Virus record (IMG/VR): IMGVR_UViG_3300037851_000570
Coordinates: 1 to 64,000 of that record
Direction: 5' to 3' (one strand)
Origin: a virus
DNA: 64,000 nucleotides
This document shows, piece after piece, positions 15,213 to 24,167 of this stretch. How positions within the stretch are numbered: position 1 is the first letter of the stretch; every line of letters begins with the position of its first letter. The notes beneath the pieces are model-generated. The model was given only the letters and a program-made list of their open reading frames with translations, did no database searches and was not told where the DNA came from. The translations under genes and the position numbers were made by a program.

Positions 15213-16072
15213 GCCTTCAGCTCCTCCAGCTGGTCGACCAGCTCCTGCTGGCGCTTCTTCATGTAGTCGTACGCTACCATGAGCTTGGCTGCCTGAACAT
15301 CCTCACTCACGTCGTCCTTGAGAGTGTTTGACTTGGACTCGTCGTTCAAGAGCTGCTCGAACCGAGCCTTTGTTGGCGCGGGGTCTCGGGTCAGGAACCT
15401 GTCGACGGAGCGCCCAGCGTCTTGAGGGACAAAATCAGCGGGCTTGAAGTTGAGGGCCCGGTCGTCCTGAAAACGCGCGGTGCAGAAGTCGCATCGTCCG
15501 TCGATGTCGTCGAGCTCGATGGTTCCACACCTCTTGCACCGGTACTTCGGCTCGGACAAGACCGACTGGGCAAAATCCAAAGGAGGCGGGAGGTATTCGA
15601 CCGCCTCGTCGATGGCACAGGCTGCAATGTATCGGGAGATCTCATCGCCATAGGCTTCGACTCTTATCGTATTGGCAATGTCGACGCCGGCCATGAGCTG
15701 CGAGATCGTGCAGCGTTGGGAGATGTCGAATCGCGGTACGTTGTTGTTGAGGGCCTGGATGATTTTTTCGAAGATGTGCCACTCTTGCCAGAAGCCCACC
15801 GTGGTCGTCAACGTACGGACCGCTTGAATCTTCTGCCAGTTGTTTTCACTGACGGACGTGGCTTTGAATGACTGAAGGATCTCTGACTTCAGAGTCTCGG
15901 CTTCCCACTCGAACCAGTCGGCGCCGAACTTCTCCATGAGCGCGAGGGTCAGAGCCACCGGATGAGCGTCGTGGTAGCTGAAGAACCGTACGATCGGCTC
16001 CAGCGACTGTTGGATAGGGGGTGGAATCTTCGCTGGGTCCATCCCCCATTTGAGGAGGAGGGAGCTCATCAC
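15197..16072 (-). CDS. hypothetical protein with internal zinc ribbon (291 aa)
   Basis: ORF overlapping both neighbours by a few nt, with good third-position GC. It has a CKRCG...CDFC pair near aa 180-200. No family recognised. Confidence 0.75.
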   Translation of the reverse strand: MMSSLLLKWGMDPAKIPPPIQQSLEPIVRFFSYHDAHPVALTLALMEKFGADWFEWEAETLKSEILQSFKATSVSENNWQKIQAVRTLTTTVGFWQEWHIFEKIIQALNNNVPRFDISQRCTISQLMAGVDIANTIRVEAYGDEISRYIAACAIDEAVEYLPPPLDFAQSVLSEPKYRCKRCGTIELDDIDGRCDFCTARFQDDRALNFKPADFVPQDAGRSVDRFLTRDPAPTKARFEQLLNDESKSNTLKDDVSEDVQAAKLMVAYDYMKKRQQELVDQLEELKAWAAH

Positions 16073-17436
16073 ATCCGCATGGCTTCGTTCGTGACGCTGG
16101 CTCCCTCGCTCTGGCCGGCGTGCGACATGTTATCGGCCAAGCGCGCCATCACCCGCTTGTTGGGTAGAGGCAGAGACTCGAACATGGCGATCGGGTCTTT
16201 GATGAACTCCTTGAGGAAGTCGTGGCTGAAGAGCTCCTGGATGCCGGACGTGTGGTTCTCGGACAGGTTGATGAGCTGCTCTCGGGTGAGGCGGTCGGCG
16301 CCCTGCTCCCAGATGACCTCGGCGGTCTTGTCGATGCCGAAGGTCGAATCCCACGGGTTCGGGATCACGCGATCCCAGCCACGGTCCAGGCCGTTCTGGA
16401 CGTCGAATCGACGAAGGCACTCAGCATAGACGTTGGGGTCCAGCGCCGAGCTCTGCTTGAGCAGACCGTCGAGGAACTGGCGGCCCTCACCCGGCGCGCA
16501 GGCGACCTTCCGCATCTCGATGGCGGCGCGAAGGTGGCCGTTGGGCGCTCGAGTCTGGGCGCCAGCTTCTTTGATGTTTTCTTGGATGGGATAGCCGAGC
16601 TGCTTGGCTTTGGCTGCCAGCTTGACGGCGAACTGACGGCGGATCTCGGGGGCCATCCGGATCTGCTCGTTCCTGAAATACTGCTCGGCCTTCTTGACGA
16701 GGTCCCAGGTGTTGATCGGGTAAAGGCGTTGTCCGTTGAGAACGACTGCGTAGTCGCTGTCGTTCATGGGCGTTGCTACCTTGATCTTGGGTCTTGGGCT
16801 TTTGCCGGTGATGTCGATGACTGAAGCCTTTTTGATAGGAATGCGGGAAAGCTGCTCTTTCGCCCGAAGCTTGTGCCACTTTCCACCCTTGGCGACTTCT
16901 TCCATCGTGGGGTTGTACGGCATCTTGGCCCTGATCGCAGGACTGCCAGCGGCTTGTCCAATCAACGCCGCCCTTGTTCGGTCAATGATGTAACGCTTCT
17001 CTGGACTCTGAAGAAGGAACTCAGCACCAGACCACTGGGGAATCTTTCCCCCGAATACTACCTGACGAAGAACCGATGGGAGTTTGGCGACTTTCATCAT
17101 CGCAGCCGGTGGTGTTAGGTCGAACCGCTGACACGCCTCAACCAAACTGGCGGCCGCGACCTTCTGGGCCTCTTCTGGCAACTTGTCGCCGTGCTCCATG
17201 AAGTAGATGACCGACATGGCGGTCGTACCCGCATCGTTGCAGGCGTACTTGTGATGGACGGTCCCCTCATCGAGCGCGACGAGTGCGAAGTCCTCATGGT
17301 TGAGGCGCTCCTTCGGTCGGACACCCGCAGTCTTGATGACTTCTGGGACGGAATCGAGGGTTGGGAAGACCTTTTTCAGTGTTTCCCCACGGTCGTCATA
17401 CCAGTCGAGCGTCACGCCGGCGAGCCTGTTCTTCAT
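16069..17436 (-). CDS. hypothetical virion-module protein (about 455 aa)
   Basis: The track ORF 16069..17460 starts at a TTG. The ATG at 17436 (MKNRLAGVTLDWYDD...) has GAGGA 5 nt upstream and is preferred. It is the first gene of the minus-strand block. No family recognised. Confidence 0.75.
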   Translation of the reverse strand: MKNRLAGVTLDWYDDRGETLKKVFPTLDSVPEVIKTAGVRPKERLNHEDFALVALDEGTVHHKYACNDAGTTAMSVIYFMEHGDKLPEEAQKVAAASLVEACQRFDLTPPAAMMKVAKLPSVLRQVVFGGKIPQWSGAEFLLQSPEKRYIIDRTRAALIGQAAGSPAIRAKMPYNPTMEEVAKGGKWHKLRAKEQLSRIPIKKASVIDITGKSPRPKIKVATPMNDSDYAVVLNGQRLYPINTWDLVKKAEQYFRNEQIRMAPEIRRQFAVKLAAKAKQLGYPIQENIKEAGAQTRAPNGHLRAAIEMRKVACAPGEGRQFLDGLLKQSSALDPNVYAECLRRFDVQNGLDRGWDRVIPNPWDSTFGIDKTAEVIWEQGADRLTREQLINLSENHTSGIQELFSHDFLKEFIKDPIAMFESLPLPNKRVMARLADNMSHAGQSEGASVTNEAMRM

Positions 17437-17605
17437 GATTTTCCTCACCATGCCCCGCAATTTGGGCAGACCCTAGCATACAACCGCCCGCAGGCGATAG
17501 GCACCCCCAACCTAGCCTTCGCCCCTCCTCCTGGGCAACGAAAAACTACCAGGAATGCGGGATAAGTTTTTTGAACATAGGCCCCAATCTAGCCTGGAGG
17601 TTTCG
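17437..17605. promoter_or_regulatory. divergent intergenic region separating the virion block (-) from the early/replication block (+)
   Basis: About 170 nt with no credible ORF and genes diverging on both sides. It contains an A/T-rich patch (AAAAACTACCAGGAATGCGGGATAAGTTTTTTGAACAT) and an imperfect direct repeat rich in the rare CTAG tetranucleotide (see the repeat feature). Confidence 0.35.
17497..17594 (+). repeat. imperfect direct repeat ATAGGC(A)CCC(CC)AAYCTAGCC, two copies 80 nt apart
   Basis: Copy 1 is 17497-17517 (ATAGGCACCCCCAACCTAGCC) and copy 2 is 17577-17594 (ATAGGCCCCAATCTAGCC). A third CTAGC sits at 17473-17477. Copy 2 ends 11 nt before the ATG at 17606. Confidence 0.6.
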
Positions 17606-18100
17606 ATGGACCAGATGGTGAAGGTTTCACAGTGTTTGAACGGAGATCGAGAGCGGGATTGTAGTTGGTGCGATTGCCATCACAGCCGGAACGGCAAGTG
17701 CTGCTTCGGGATTCGGCATGAGTACAATCACCCCGACTGCGACGCCTGCGTCCTGCATCAGGACTGTGCGGCCCTGACTCATGGGTATCGCGCTCAGACC
17801 CAACGCGGCCCGGTGGCCACGTACGCGCCGCCTCGTCCGGTCTACACCAACACGCCGCCACAGCAGCCCTCCGGCCACCAGGTTCGAGTCGCGACTGGAA
17901 CCAGGGCGCCGACGATGGCGAACTACGGGCCGCAGCCCGGCGAGCCCTTGCTGGTGCCCCAGCCCATCCGACCCAAGCCTCTCGAGCTCAACCCAGACGA
18001 CAACCTGTTCACCCGGTTCTGGAAGGTCACGAGCTGGGGCGCCGGCGAGGGATTCTTCGAGATGGCGGTTAACTTCTTCCGCATCCGAAGGCCAGAATAG
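17606..18100 (+). CDS. Cys-rich early protein (hypothetical, 164 aa)
   Basis: The ATG at 17606 has CTGGAGG 5 nt upstream. The N-terminus carries about 10 Cys in 45 residues (CLNGDRERDCSWCDCHHSRNGKCCFGIRHEYNHPDCDACVLHQDC), followed by a Pro-rich middle. It is the first gene of the plus block. Confidence 0.65.
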   Translation: MDQMVKVSQCLNGDRERDCSWCDCHHSRNGKCCFGIRHEYNHPDCDACVLHQDCAALTHGYRAQTQRGPVATYAPPRPVYTNTPPQQPSGHQVRVATGTRAPTMANYGPQPGEPLLVPQPIRPKPLELNPDDNLFTRFWKVTSWGAGEGFFEMAVNFFRIRRPE

Positions 18101-18114
18101 GGCCTACATACGTT

Positions 18115-18531
18115 ATGAGTAGGAGCCAGGCTCGAGATCAGTTTCGTTTAGCGCTTCGTGAGCTGAGGAAGAGGTCCCTCTGGCCCGACGTTGGTGCGTT
18201 CGCCGACCAAGTGGGCCTGAGCCTAGGTGGCTACAAGAAGTACGAAGAGGGCCACCGTCTTCCCAGCAACGAAGTGCTGAACCAGATCTTTGTTCGAGCA
18301 AGATTCCAGGAGCAGGAGCGGCTGGAGATCTACAAGCTCTGGAATCTGGCCAAGGGCGAGCAGGCTGGTGTCACGATAGTGGAGCGCCCGAAGATCGAAG
18401 CCGACAAGCTTACTGCTCGTGTCGTAAGTGAAGCCACCTACATTCTGAAGCAGCGTGGCTTCAAGCTCGATGAAAAGACTGAGAGGATCCTGTTCAATCG
18501 GATCCGGATGCTACTGTCTGCAACGGAGTGA
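18115..18531 (+). CDS. XRE/Cro-CI-type helix-turn-helix transcriptional regulator
   Basis: LRELRKRSLWPDVGAFADQVGLSLGGYKKYEEGHRLPSNEVLNQI matches the HTH_3 layout, with helix-turn-helix followed by the conserved E-x-G-x-x-x-P. About 70 extra C-terminal residues. Confidence 0.75.
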   Translation: MSRSQARDQFRLALRELRKRSLWPDVGAFADQVGLSLGGYKKYEEGHRLPSNEVLNQIFVRARFQEQERLEIYKLWNLAKGEQAGVTIVERPKIEADKLTARVVSEATYILKQRGFKLDEKTERILFNRIRMLLSATE

Positions 18532-18534
18532 ACG

Positions 18535-19929
18535 ATGCTGCGTTTCCATCAGCTGCACCCCCACACCGCCTACGTGAGCAACAATCTGCTGCTCCCGAGG
18601 AGCGCCATCAACGAGGCGGTTGTGAAGGCCGCGCTGACGATCCAACTATCGGACGAGGAGCCGATGTTGGATGAGTTCGGTCAACTCATTGCCATGCGGG
18701 CCGCCACGCTGAAGATGTGGAGCGAGACGGCCCACCATCTCATTGTGCCCCGTGAGTTCCTGAAGGAAGACCAGTACGCCGGGTTCGATTGCCCCTTCGT
18801 GGTGCTTCCCCGACCGGTGTACCCAGTCGCCGGGATTGGAGACCGCATCAGTCTCCGGGACGCCGAGCAGGAAGAGGCCTTCCGCGCCATGATGGGCAGC
18901 GACTGCGGGACGATCAACCTTTCCTGCGGGAAGGGCAAGACCGTCATCGCGCTCAAGGTAGCGGCTGCACTCAACCGCCCGACCATCGTTGTGGTCAACA
19001 CCACCGCGCTGCTCGAGCAGTGGAAAGAGGAGATCTCCCGACACCTCGACGTGTCGAGCATAGGAACCATCCAAGGAACAACATGTGACTGGCAGCACCC
19101 GATCGCGCTGGCCATGGTCCACACGCTGTCCAGTCGCTCGTGGCCGATGGAGTTTCGTCGGTACTTTGGCCTCGTGCTGTACGACGAGGGCCATCACATG
19201 AGCGCCCCGGTGTTCGTCAAGAGTGCCGATCTATTCTACGGACGTCGGTTCTCGCTGACCGCTACGGCGACGAGAACCGACGGGCTGGAGAGAATCTACC
19301 AGTACCACCTGGGGCGCGTCATCCACACCAACCTGAGCCAGGAGCTTGTTCCACACACCTACTTCCATGTCCTGGAGTGGGAGCTGCCGCCAGGGGACCG
19401 GAAGAAGGTCTTGGACAAATACCAAGAGGTCAACACCGCCAAGGTACGGACCTACCTTGGCGGCCTTGATTGGAGGAACGAGATCATCTATCAGCACCTT
19501 CGCGCCGACCTGGCCGAAGGCCGAAAGATCCTGGTACTGAGCCACAGCGTCGAGCATGTGGACCGGCTGCACAGCTACCTCAGTGGGGCTGGAGGCGGGA
19601 TGATCGTCGGGGAGACCCCGCAGGAGAGCCGGATGGCCATCCTGCACAACTGCAACCCGGTGTTCGGGACGTTCCAGTTGGCGAGAGAGGGCCTCAACAA
19701 GCCCTCTCTCGACACGCTCTACATCGTCACCCCGTTCAGCAACCAGAACGACCTCCAGCAGGCATGGGGCAGAATCCAGCGGGTCTACCCCAACAAGCTG
19801 GCGCCGATCGTTCGGGTGTTCGAAGACACGGCGTTGTCGTGCAGCAAGAAGTACTGCAACCACCTGCGGTACACGCTTAGGCGACTTGATTACCCCTACA
19901 CCATCGATACTGGAGGAGACCATGAGTAG
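18535..19929 (+). CDS. superfamily-2 DNA helicase (DEAH/DEGH box)
   Basis: Walker A is LSCGKGKTVIAL, motif II is VLYDEGHHM, SAT-like motif III is LTATATR, and there is a C-terminal RecA-like lobe (ILVLSHSVEHV...FQLAREGLN). Confidence 0.8.
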   Translation: MLRFHQLHPHTAYVSNNLLLPRSAINEAVVKAALTIQLSDEEPMLDEFGQLIAMRAATLKMWSETAHHLIVPREFLKEDQYAGFDCPFVVLPRPVYPVAGIGDRISLRDAEQEEAFRAMMGSDCGTINLSCGKGKTVIALKVAAALNRPTIVVVNTTALLEQWKEEISRHLDVSSIGTIQGTTCDWQHPIALAMVHTLSSRSWPMEFRRYFGLVLYDEGHHMSAPVFVKSADLFYGRRFSLTATATRTDGLERIYQYHLGRVIHTNLSQELVPHTYFHVLEWELPPGDRKKVLDKYQEVNTAKVRTYLGGLDWRNEIIYQHLRADLAEGRKILVLSHSVEHVDRLHSYLSGAGGGMIVGETPQESRMAILHNCNPVFGTFQLAREGLNKPSLDTLYIVTPFSNQNDLQQAWGRIQRVYPNKLAPIVRVFEDTALSCSKKYCNHLRYTLRRLDYPYTIDTGGDHE

Positions 19930-20377
19930 CAGAAAGCCCGACCAGCCCGAGTTCTTCGAGCGTCTGGTCGTCATGACGGCCCAGCACGGCGAGAAGTTCT
20001 TTGGCTGGGTCGCGCACCCAACCGAGGACCCTGAGCAGTACATCGAGTCCCGGATCGCGGAGAAGAAGCCCGTGCTCCTGGAGGACGCTCGCCTGTTGGT
20101 TTCTCAGCTGCAAGTCATGAACGACAGCCGGGGCAACCCGGTGTTGAACAACATGATGCTGCTGATGCCGCTCGACTCCTTCGTCAGCGGCGTCGAGAAC
20201 CTCTGGGTCTACCCCTCGTCCTGGTACTTCCCCAAGAACAACGAGAAGTGCCAAGGCAAGATCAAAGACCTGTTCAGGGCGTGCCTGGAGATGGAACTCG
20301 CCAAGGCTGCCGCCGAGATGAACCTCGTAATTCCAGGGCTTAAGGCTAACCTGCCGCCCCCAGGGAGGATGCAGTAA
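19922..20377 (+). CDS. hypothetical protein (151 aa)
   Basis: The ATG at 19922 has GGAGGAG upstream and overlaps the helicase stop by 8 nt. Its stop overlaps the next start (TAATG). No family recognised. Confidence 0.7.
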   Translation: MSSRKPDQPEFFERLVVMTAQHGEKFFGWVAHPTEDPEQYIESRIAEKKPVLLEDARLLVSQLQVMNDSRGNPVLNNMMLLMPLDSFVSGVENLWVYPSSWYFPKNNEKCQGKIKDLFRACLEMELAKAAAEMNLVIPGLKANLPPPGRMQ

Positions 20378-21126
20378 TGGAGCTCTGGACTCGGGAGTGG
20401 AAGGAGGCCTGCCTCGAAGAGCTACGTGCTGCCTGGTCGGAGTGCCAAGCTTGCCCACTGGCCAACGTGCGCCACAACGTCGTCTTCGGGAGTGGAAATC
20501 CCGAGGCCGACATCCTCTTCGTCGGGGAGGCTCCTGGAGAAGCCGAGGACGAATCGGGGATTCCGTTTCACGGCGACTCCGGGGGCCTGCTCGAGGCGCT
20601 GATGGCAGGTGCAGGCCTGAATCGTGAGGACACCTACATCACCAACCTCATCGCCTGCCGGCCGCCGGGCAACCGGGACCCGCAGAGGGACGAGCGAGAT
20701 CCATGTTGGACACGTCTCAACGAGATCATCTACTTGGTGGACCCGTTGATCGTCGTGCCCATCGGCGCTCAGGCACTCAAAGCTCTAGCGCGCGGCCGGG
20801 ACTGGAGCATCAGGGATTACCAAGGGCATCTCTTCAGCAGTCCATCGTCCAGTTTTCATAGCCCAAGCGACCCCAATGGGCTCGAGGTCCAAGGTCGTCT
20901 GTTCCCCCGGAAGAGGGAGGACAAGCGCGAGGTGTGTCTGACCTACGACATGATCCCGATCGTGCACCCCGCGTTCATTCTTCGCGAGGATGGGTGGGAC
21001 CCCAAGAAGCCCAAGTTCCCGCCCAACGGATGGGCCGTCAAGACCATCCGAACGTTGATCAAGATTCGACAGTACGTCGAGACACTCAAAACCAGGCGCC
21101 TCGATCCACGCAGCGCCGTCCCGTAG
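20377..21126 (+). CDS. udg: uracil-DNA glycosylase, family 4
   Basis: Motif A is GEAPGEAEDESGIPFHGDSGGLL and motif B-like is HPAFILR, in the usual order and spacing for family-4 UDGs. Confidence 0.8.
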   Translation: MELWTREWKEACLEELRAAWSECQACPLANVRHNVVFGSGNPEADILFVGEAPGEAEDESGIPFHGDSGGLLEALMAGAGLNREDTYITNLIACRPPGNRDPQRDERDPCWTRLNEIIYLVDPLIVVPIGAQALKALARGRDWSIRDYQGHLFSSPSSSFHSPSDPNGLEVQGRLFPRKREDKREVCLTYDMIPIVHPAFILREDGWDPKKPKFPPNGWAVKTIRTLIKIRQYVETLKTRRLDPRSAVP

Positions 21127-21137
21127 AGGAGAACAAC

Positions 21138-21683
21138 ATGCCGAGACCGATGCCGGGTGGACCCAAGAAGGTCCAACCCAAACCGAAACCCATGGCTCCC
21201 AATGAGGCCCCCGTGGTCGCCGAGACCAAAGAAGTCCGAGCGGCAAGAGTAGCCGTCGAGGAGTTCACCAGACACTACGCCTTGTTGGTCCAGATGAAGA
21301 AGGAGTGGGAGCAGAGCTTCCCAGAGGCCAACGACGCCCTGCTCGAGATCCGACAGCAGGAAGACCTCGTGCAGGACGCCATCAAGAAGGCCAAGCCGTT
21401 GGTGGCCCTGGCTAAGATGACGATCAAAGACTTCATCGTCCAACGGAAGTGGGAGAAGCCTCACTACGACGACGAAGAGCTCACTCGCATCCTGTCCTCG
21501 CTCGAGAACTGTGGCGATGTCTTCGCCACCCTCATGCAGAATGGGCTGATCACGTCAGTGTCCTTGCAGAAGGACGCTGCGATCGCCTGGTTCGCCCAAA
21601 ACCCGGAGTACGGCAAGGTCTTCGAGTCGGCGTTCCGGGACGAGAAGGAGATGACCCCGGCGGTCACCGTTCCCAAGGTCTAG
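21138..21683 (+). CDS. hypothetical protein (181 aa)
   Basis: The ATG at 21138 has AGAGGAG upstream. The part of the track ORF upstream of it (from 20934) is an alternative frame of the UDG gene. Basic Pro/Lys N-terminus and a helical body. Confidence 0.7.
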   Translation: MPRPMPGGPKKVQPKPKPMAPNEAPVVAETKEVRAARVAVEEFTRHYALLVQMKKEWEQSFPEANDALLEIRQQEDLVQDAIKKAKPLVALAKMTIKDFIVQRKWEKPHYDDEELTRILSSLENCGDVFATLMQNGLITSVSLQKDAAIAWFAQNPEYGKVFESAFRDEKEMTPAVTVPKV

Positions 21684-21692
21684 GAGGTCACC

Positions 21693-22190
21693 GTGCCGGA
21701 ATCTCAGCTCTTTTACATGAGTACCCATCTGACCGACCTGGCCACTCGTCGATGCGAGTGGACTACCCCAGACGGTCTTCAACGACACAGACAGAGGCAG
21801 CAGCCCTTGGCTGACGTGCTTCCCGAGGAGATTATGAGCGCAATCGAACAGTACATCGGTGATGGTGGAGGGCGCGTGTCCGTCGGCGCCGAGCTGTCGC
21901 AGTCCAAGGACTTCTACGGCGCCAAGGCCTTCGTCAACATCTCGCTGTCGTGCAACAACGACCTCGAGACCTGCATGGCAGTCCACGACCTCGTGCAGCC
22001 TACTGTCCGGCAGCTCGTCAACCAGGACGTGCAGATGATGGTCGAGGACCGGGATGCCTATCTGGCGGCGCCCGCGCCTGCCCAGGCGGCTGTCGAGCCT
22101 GGCCGGGTTTCACCTGGACCGCCGGCGGCCACCAGCTCGATGGCGCCAAGGCCCATCAATCCTGTACGTCCTCCAGCCTTCCGGCGGTGA
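21693..22190 (+). CDS. hypothetical protein (165 aa)
   Basis: GTG start with TAGGAGG upstream. Coherent composition with a Pro/Ala-rich tail. Confidence 0.6.
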   Translation: MPESQLFYMSTHLTDLATRRCEWTTPDGLQRHRQRQQPLADVLPEEIMSAIEQYIGDGGGRVSVGAELSQSKDFYGAKAFVNISLSCNNDLETCMAVHDLVQPTVRQLVNQDVQMMVEDRDAYLAAPAPAQAAVEPGRVSPGPPAATSSMAPRPINPVRPPAFRR

Positions 22191-22193
22191 CCG

Positions 22194-22550
22194 ATGTTCA
22201 AGTCACCGGATCGGGTAGTGGCGTATGACGCCGTCATGGCGGCCGAAGGTTCGTTCCGGTTCAATCCTATGCTGCACAAGGAGCCGGAGATCGACATCCT
22301 GATGGTCAACGTGAACAGCGAGACGGGCGTGACTTATGGATCCAGCCCGGCCCGCGCCAACGTGTACAGCCCCAAGACACTGGAGGCCTTTCGGGCCTTC
22401 TTGGAGTCGGCCGAAGAGGATTGGGGACAAGTGTTATTCGGGAGAGGCGAGATCTCGCCCTTCGGTCAAACCCAAAGTCCCAAGAACGTGGCCGAGTCCA
22501 CCGAGGGGCTATCTGCAGGCCTGCCAAAGGGGCTGGGCCAGGGAGAGTGA
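22194..22550 (+). CDS. hypothetical protein (118 aa)
   Basis: ATG 4 nt after the previous stop, in operon context. No family recognised. Confidence 0.6.
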   Translation: MFKSPDRVVAYDAVMAAEGSFRFNPMLHKEPEIDILMVNVNSETGVTYGSSPARANVYSPKTLEAFRAFLESAEEDWGQVLFGRGEISPFGQTQSPKNVAESTEGLSAGLPKGLGQGE

Positions 22551-22553
22551 ACG

Positions 22554-24167
22554 ATGGCGGCTTTGGAGTACCGAATCCTCACCAAGATCTTGGAGTCGGG
22601 AACCCTCGCCGAAGCCAATCGGATGTATCTCAAGGAAGACCACTTCTCAGACCATGACGCCCGGCAGATTTGGAAGTACATCCTGGGGTATTGGTTCAAC
22701 CCCACTACCGCCAGGACACTGCCGACCCTCAGTCGTGTGAGAACGCGATTTCCCGCGTTCATGCCGACAGCCAATCCGGCAGACGATGTCGACTTGCCCG
22801 CGCTCATCTCCGAACTGAAGATGAGAAGGTTCGAAGGTGACGCGCGGGCAATGTCGGACTACTTCCGGGACCTGGTGGAGGAGGATCCTCAGAACGCTGT
22901 TCGAGTCATGAAGAGCGCACTGAGCGAGCTCTCCCTCCGGGTCGAGGGTGTCGGAGACCGCTGCACAGGTCTGCACGACATCGTCCGCATGGCCAGAGAG
23001 CAGTACGATGGCGCGCAATCCGGCATCATCTACGGGATTCCTTGGCCGTGGCAGTGCCTCACCGACGACACTCTTGGCAAAAGAGGTGGCGACTTCACGG
23101 TCTTCTACGGCCGCATGAAGTCGATGAAGACGTGGGTGATGCTCTACTGCGCGATCTTCGACTTCCTTGTGAACAATCGGCGAGTGCTCATCTGGTCACG
23201 AGAGATGAGCGAACGAAAGCTCACCCTTCGAGCTGCGTCTGTCCTAGCCAAGGTCGACTACCAGATGTTCAAATCGGGGCTGCTGCCACCTCGAGTCGAG
23301 GAGCGGACGTTCCACATTCTGGAGAGTCTTCTGACGCGAGACCCGCACGAAGACATGAGCTACGGGGCATCCCGTGGAATACGAGACCTCCTGCTCTTGT
23401 GCGGGCGCGACGCCCCGAAGAGCCTGGCGGAACTGAATCAGTGGGTCGAGAAGTTTCAACCCGACATCCTCTACCTGGACAGCTTCTACCACATGGATTC
23501 CGACCGCTCGGAAGGGATGTCCGAACGGTGGAAGCGCATCGCGGCCCTGGCCGAGGATGTGAAGAACTACGCGGAGGAGCACAACCTACCCATCGTAGCA
23601 GTCCATCAAGCCAACCGGTTGGGTGAGAAGACCTATGGCAACACGTTGGCCGACATGGCTGACGCTGACGTCATCGCGCGAGAAGCAGACCTCATCATTC
23701 GCATCGTCAAGAAGCCCGGCTCGGTCGAGCTCCATGAGGAGGACTACGAGGTCGAGTTCGAGCGCCTGATGCGCAACCGGTTCAGGGTAGCGCCACGCAT
23801 ACCCTACGGGGCTCCGAGAATCGAGCTTCCGTACGATGACCCCCGTCTCCGGATGGATAAAGTCATCGAACGCATCGCCTCCCGGACAGACCAGAACCAA
23901 GCTCGCGTGGGTGCGGAATTGGCCTGTGTTCTCGGTGGTAACCGAGAAGGCGTGCTCAACGCTTTTACCATTAGGGCAATCCCGGGGTACAACTTTGAGC
24001 TCATCGACGACCGGCCCTCCATGAAGGACATCCAGAAGTGGGTCAAGGAGGACGACAAGGCGTCGGACGAAGACGAGGCGAAGCCCAAGAAGGTGAACGT
24101 GAAGCCCAAGGTGACGGTTGAGGACTACTCGAAAGCCGTCCACGACGCCATGAAGGGTGGTGTGTAG
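22554..24167 (+). CDS. DnaB-family replicative helicase
   Basis: DnaB-like N-terminal helical domain (RILTKILESG...EDHFSDHDARQIWKYI), P-loop region FYGRMKSMKTW, Walker B ILYLDSFYHM, and the VAVHQANR motif typical of DnaB/gp4-type helicases. Confidence 0.8.
   Translation: MAALEYRILTKILESGTLAEANRMYLKEDHFSDHDARQIWKYILGYWFNPTTARTLPTLSRVRTRFPAFMPTANPADDVDLPALISELKMRRFEGDARAMSDYFRDLVEEDPQNAVRVMKSALSELSLRVEGVGDRCTGLHDIVRMAREQYDGAQSGIIYGIPWPWQCLTDDTLGKRGGDFTVFYGRMKSMKTWVMLYCAIFDFLVNNRRVLIWSREMSERKLTLRAASVLAKVDYQMFKSGLLPPRVEERTFHILESLLTRDPHEDMSYGASRGIRDLLLLCGRDAPKSLAELNQWVEKFQPDILYLDSFYHMDSDRSEGMSERWKRIAALAEDVKNYAEEHNLPIVAVHQANRLGEKTYGNTLADMADADVIAREADLIIRIVKKPGSVELHEEDYEVEFERLMRNRFRVAPRIPYGAPRIELPYDDPRLRMDKVIERIASRTDQNQARVGAELACVLGGNREGVLNAFTIRAIPGYNFELIDDRPSMKDIQKWVKEDDKASDEDEAKPKKVNVKPKVTVEDYSKAVHDAMKGGV

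Noticed and set aside
18115-18531. XRE regulator as evidence for a temperate lysis-lysogeny switch
   Set aside because: No integrase, excisionase, attachment site or divergent repressor pair is visible in the window. A single HTH gene is insufficient.
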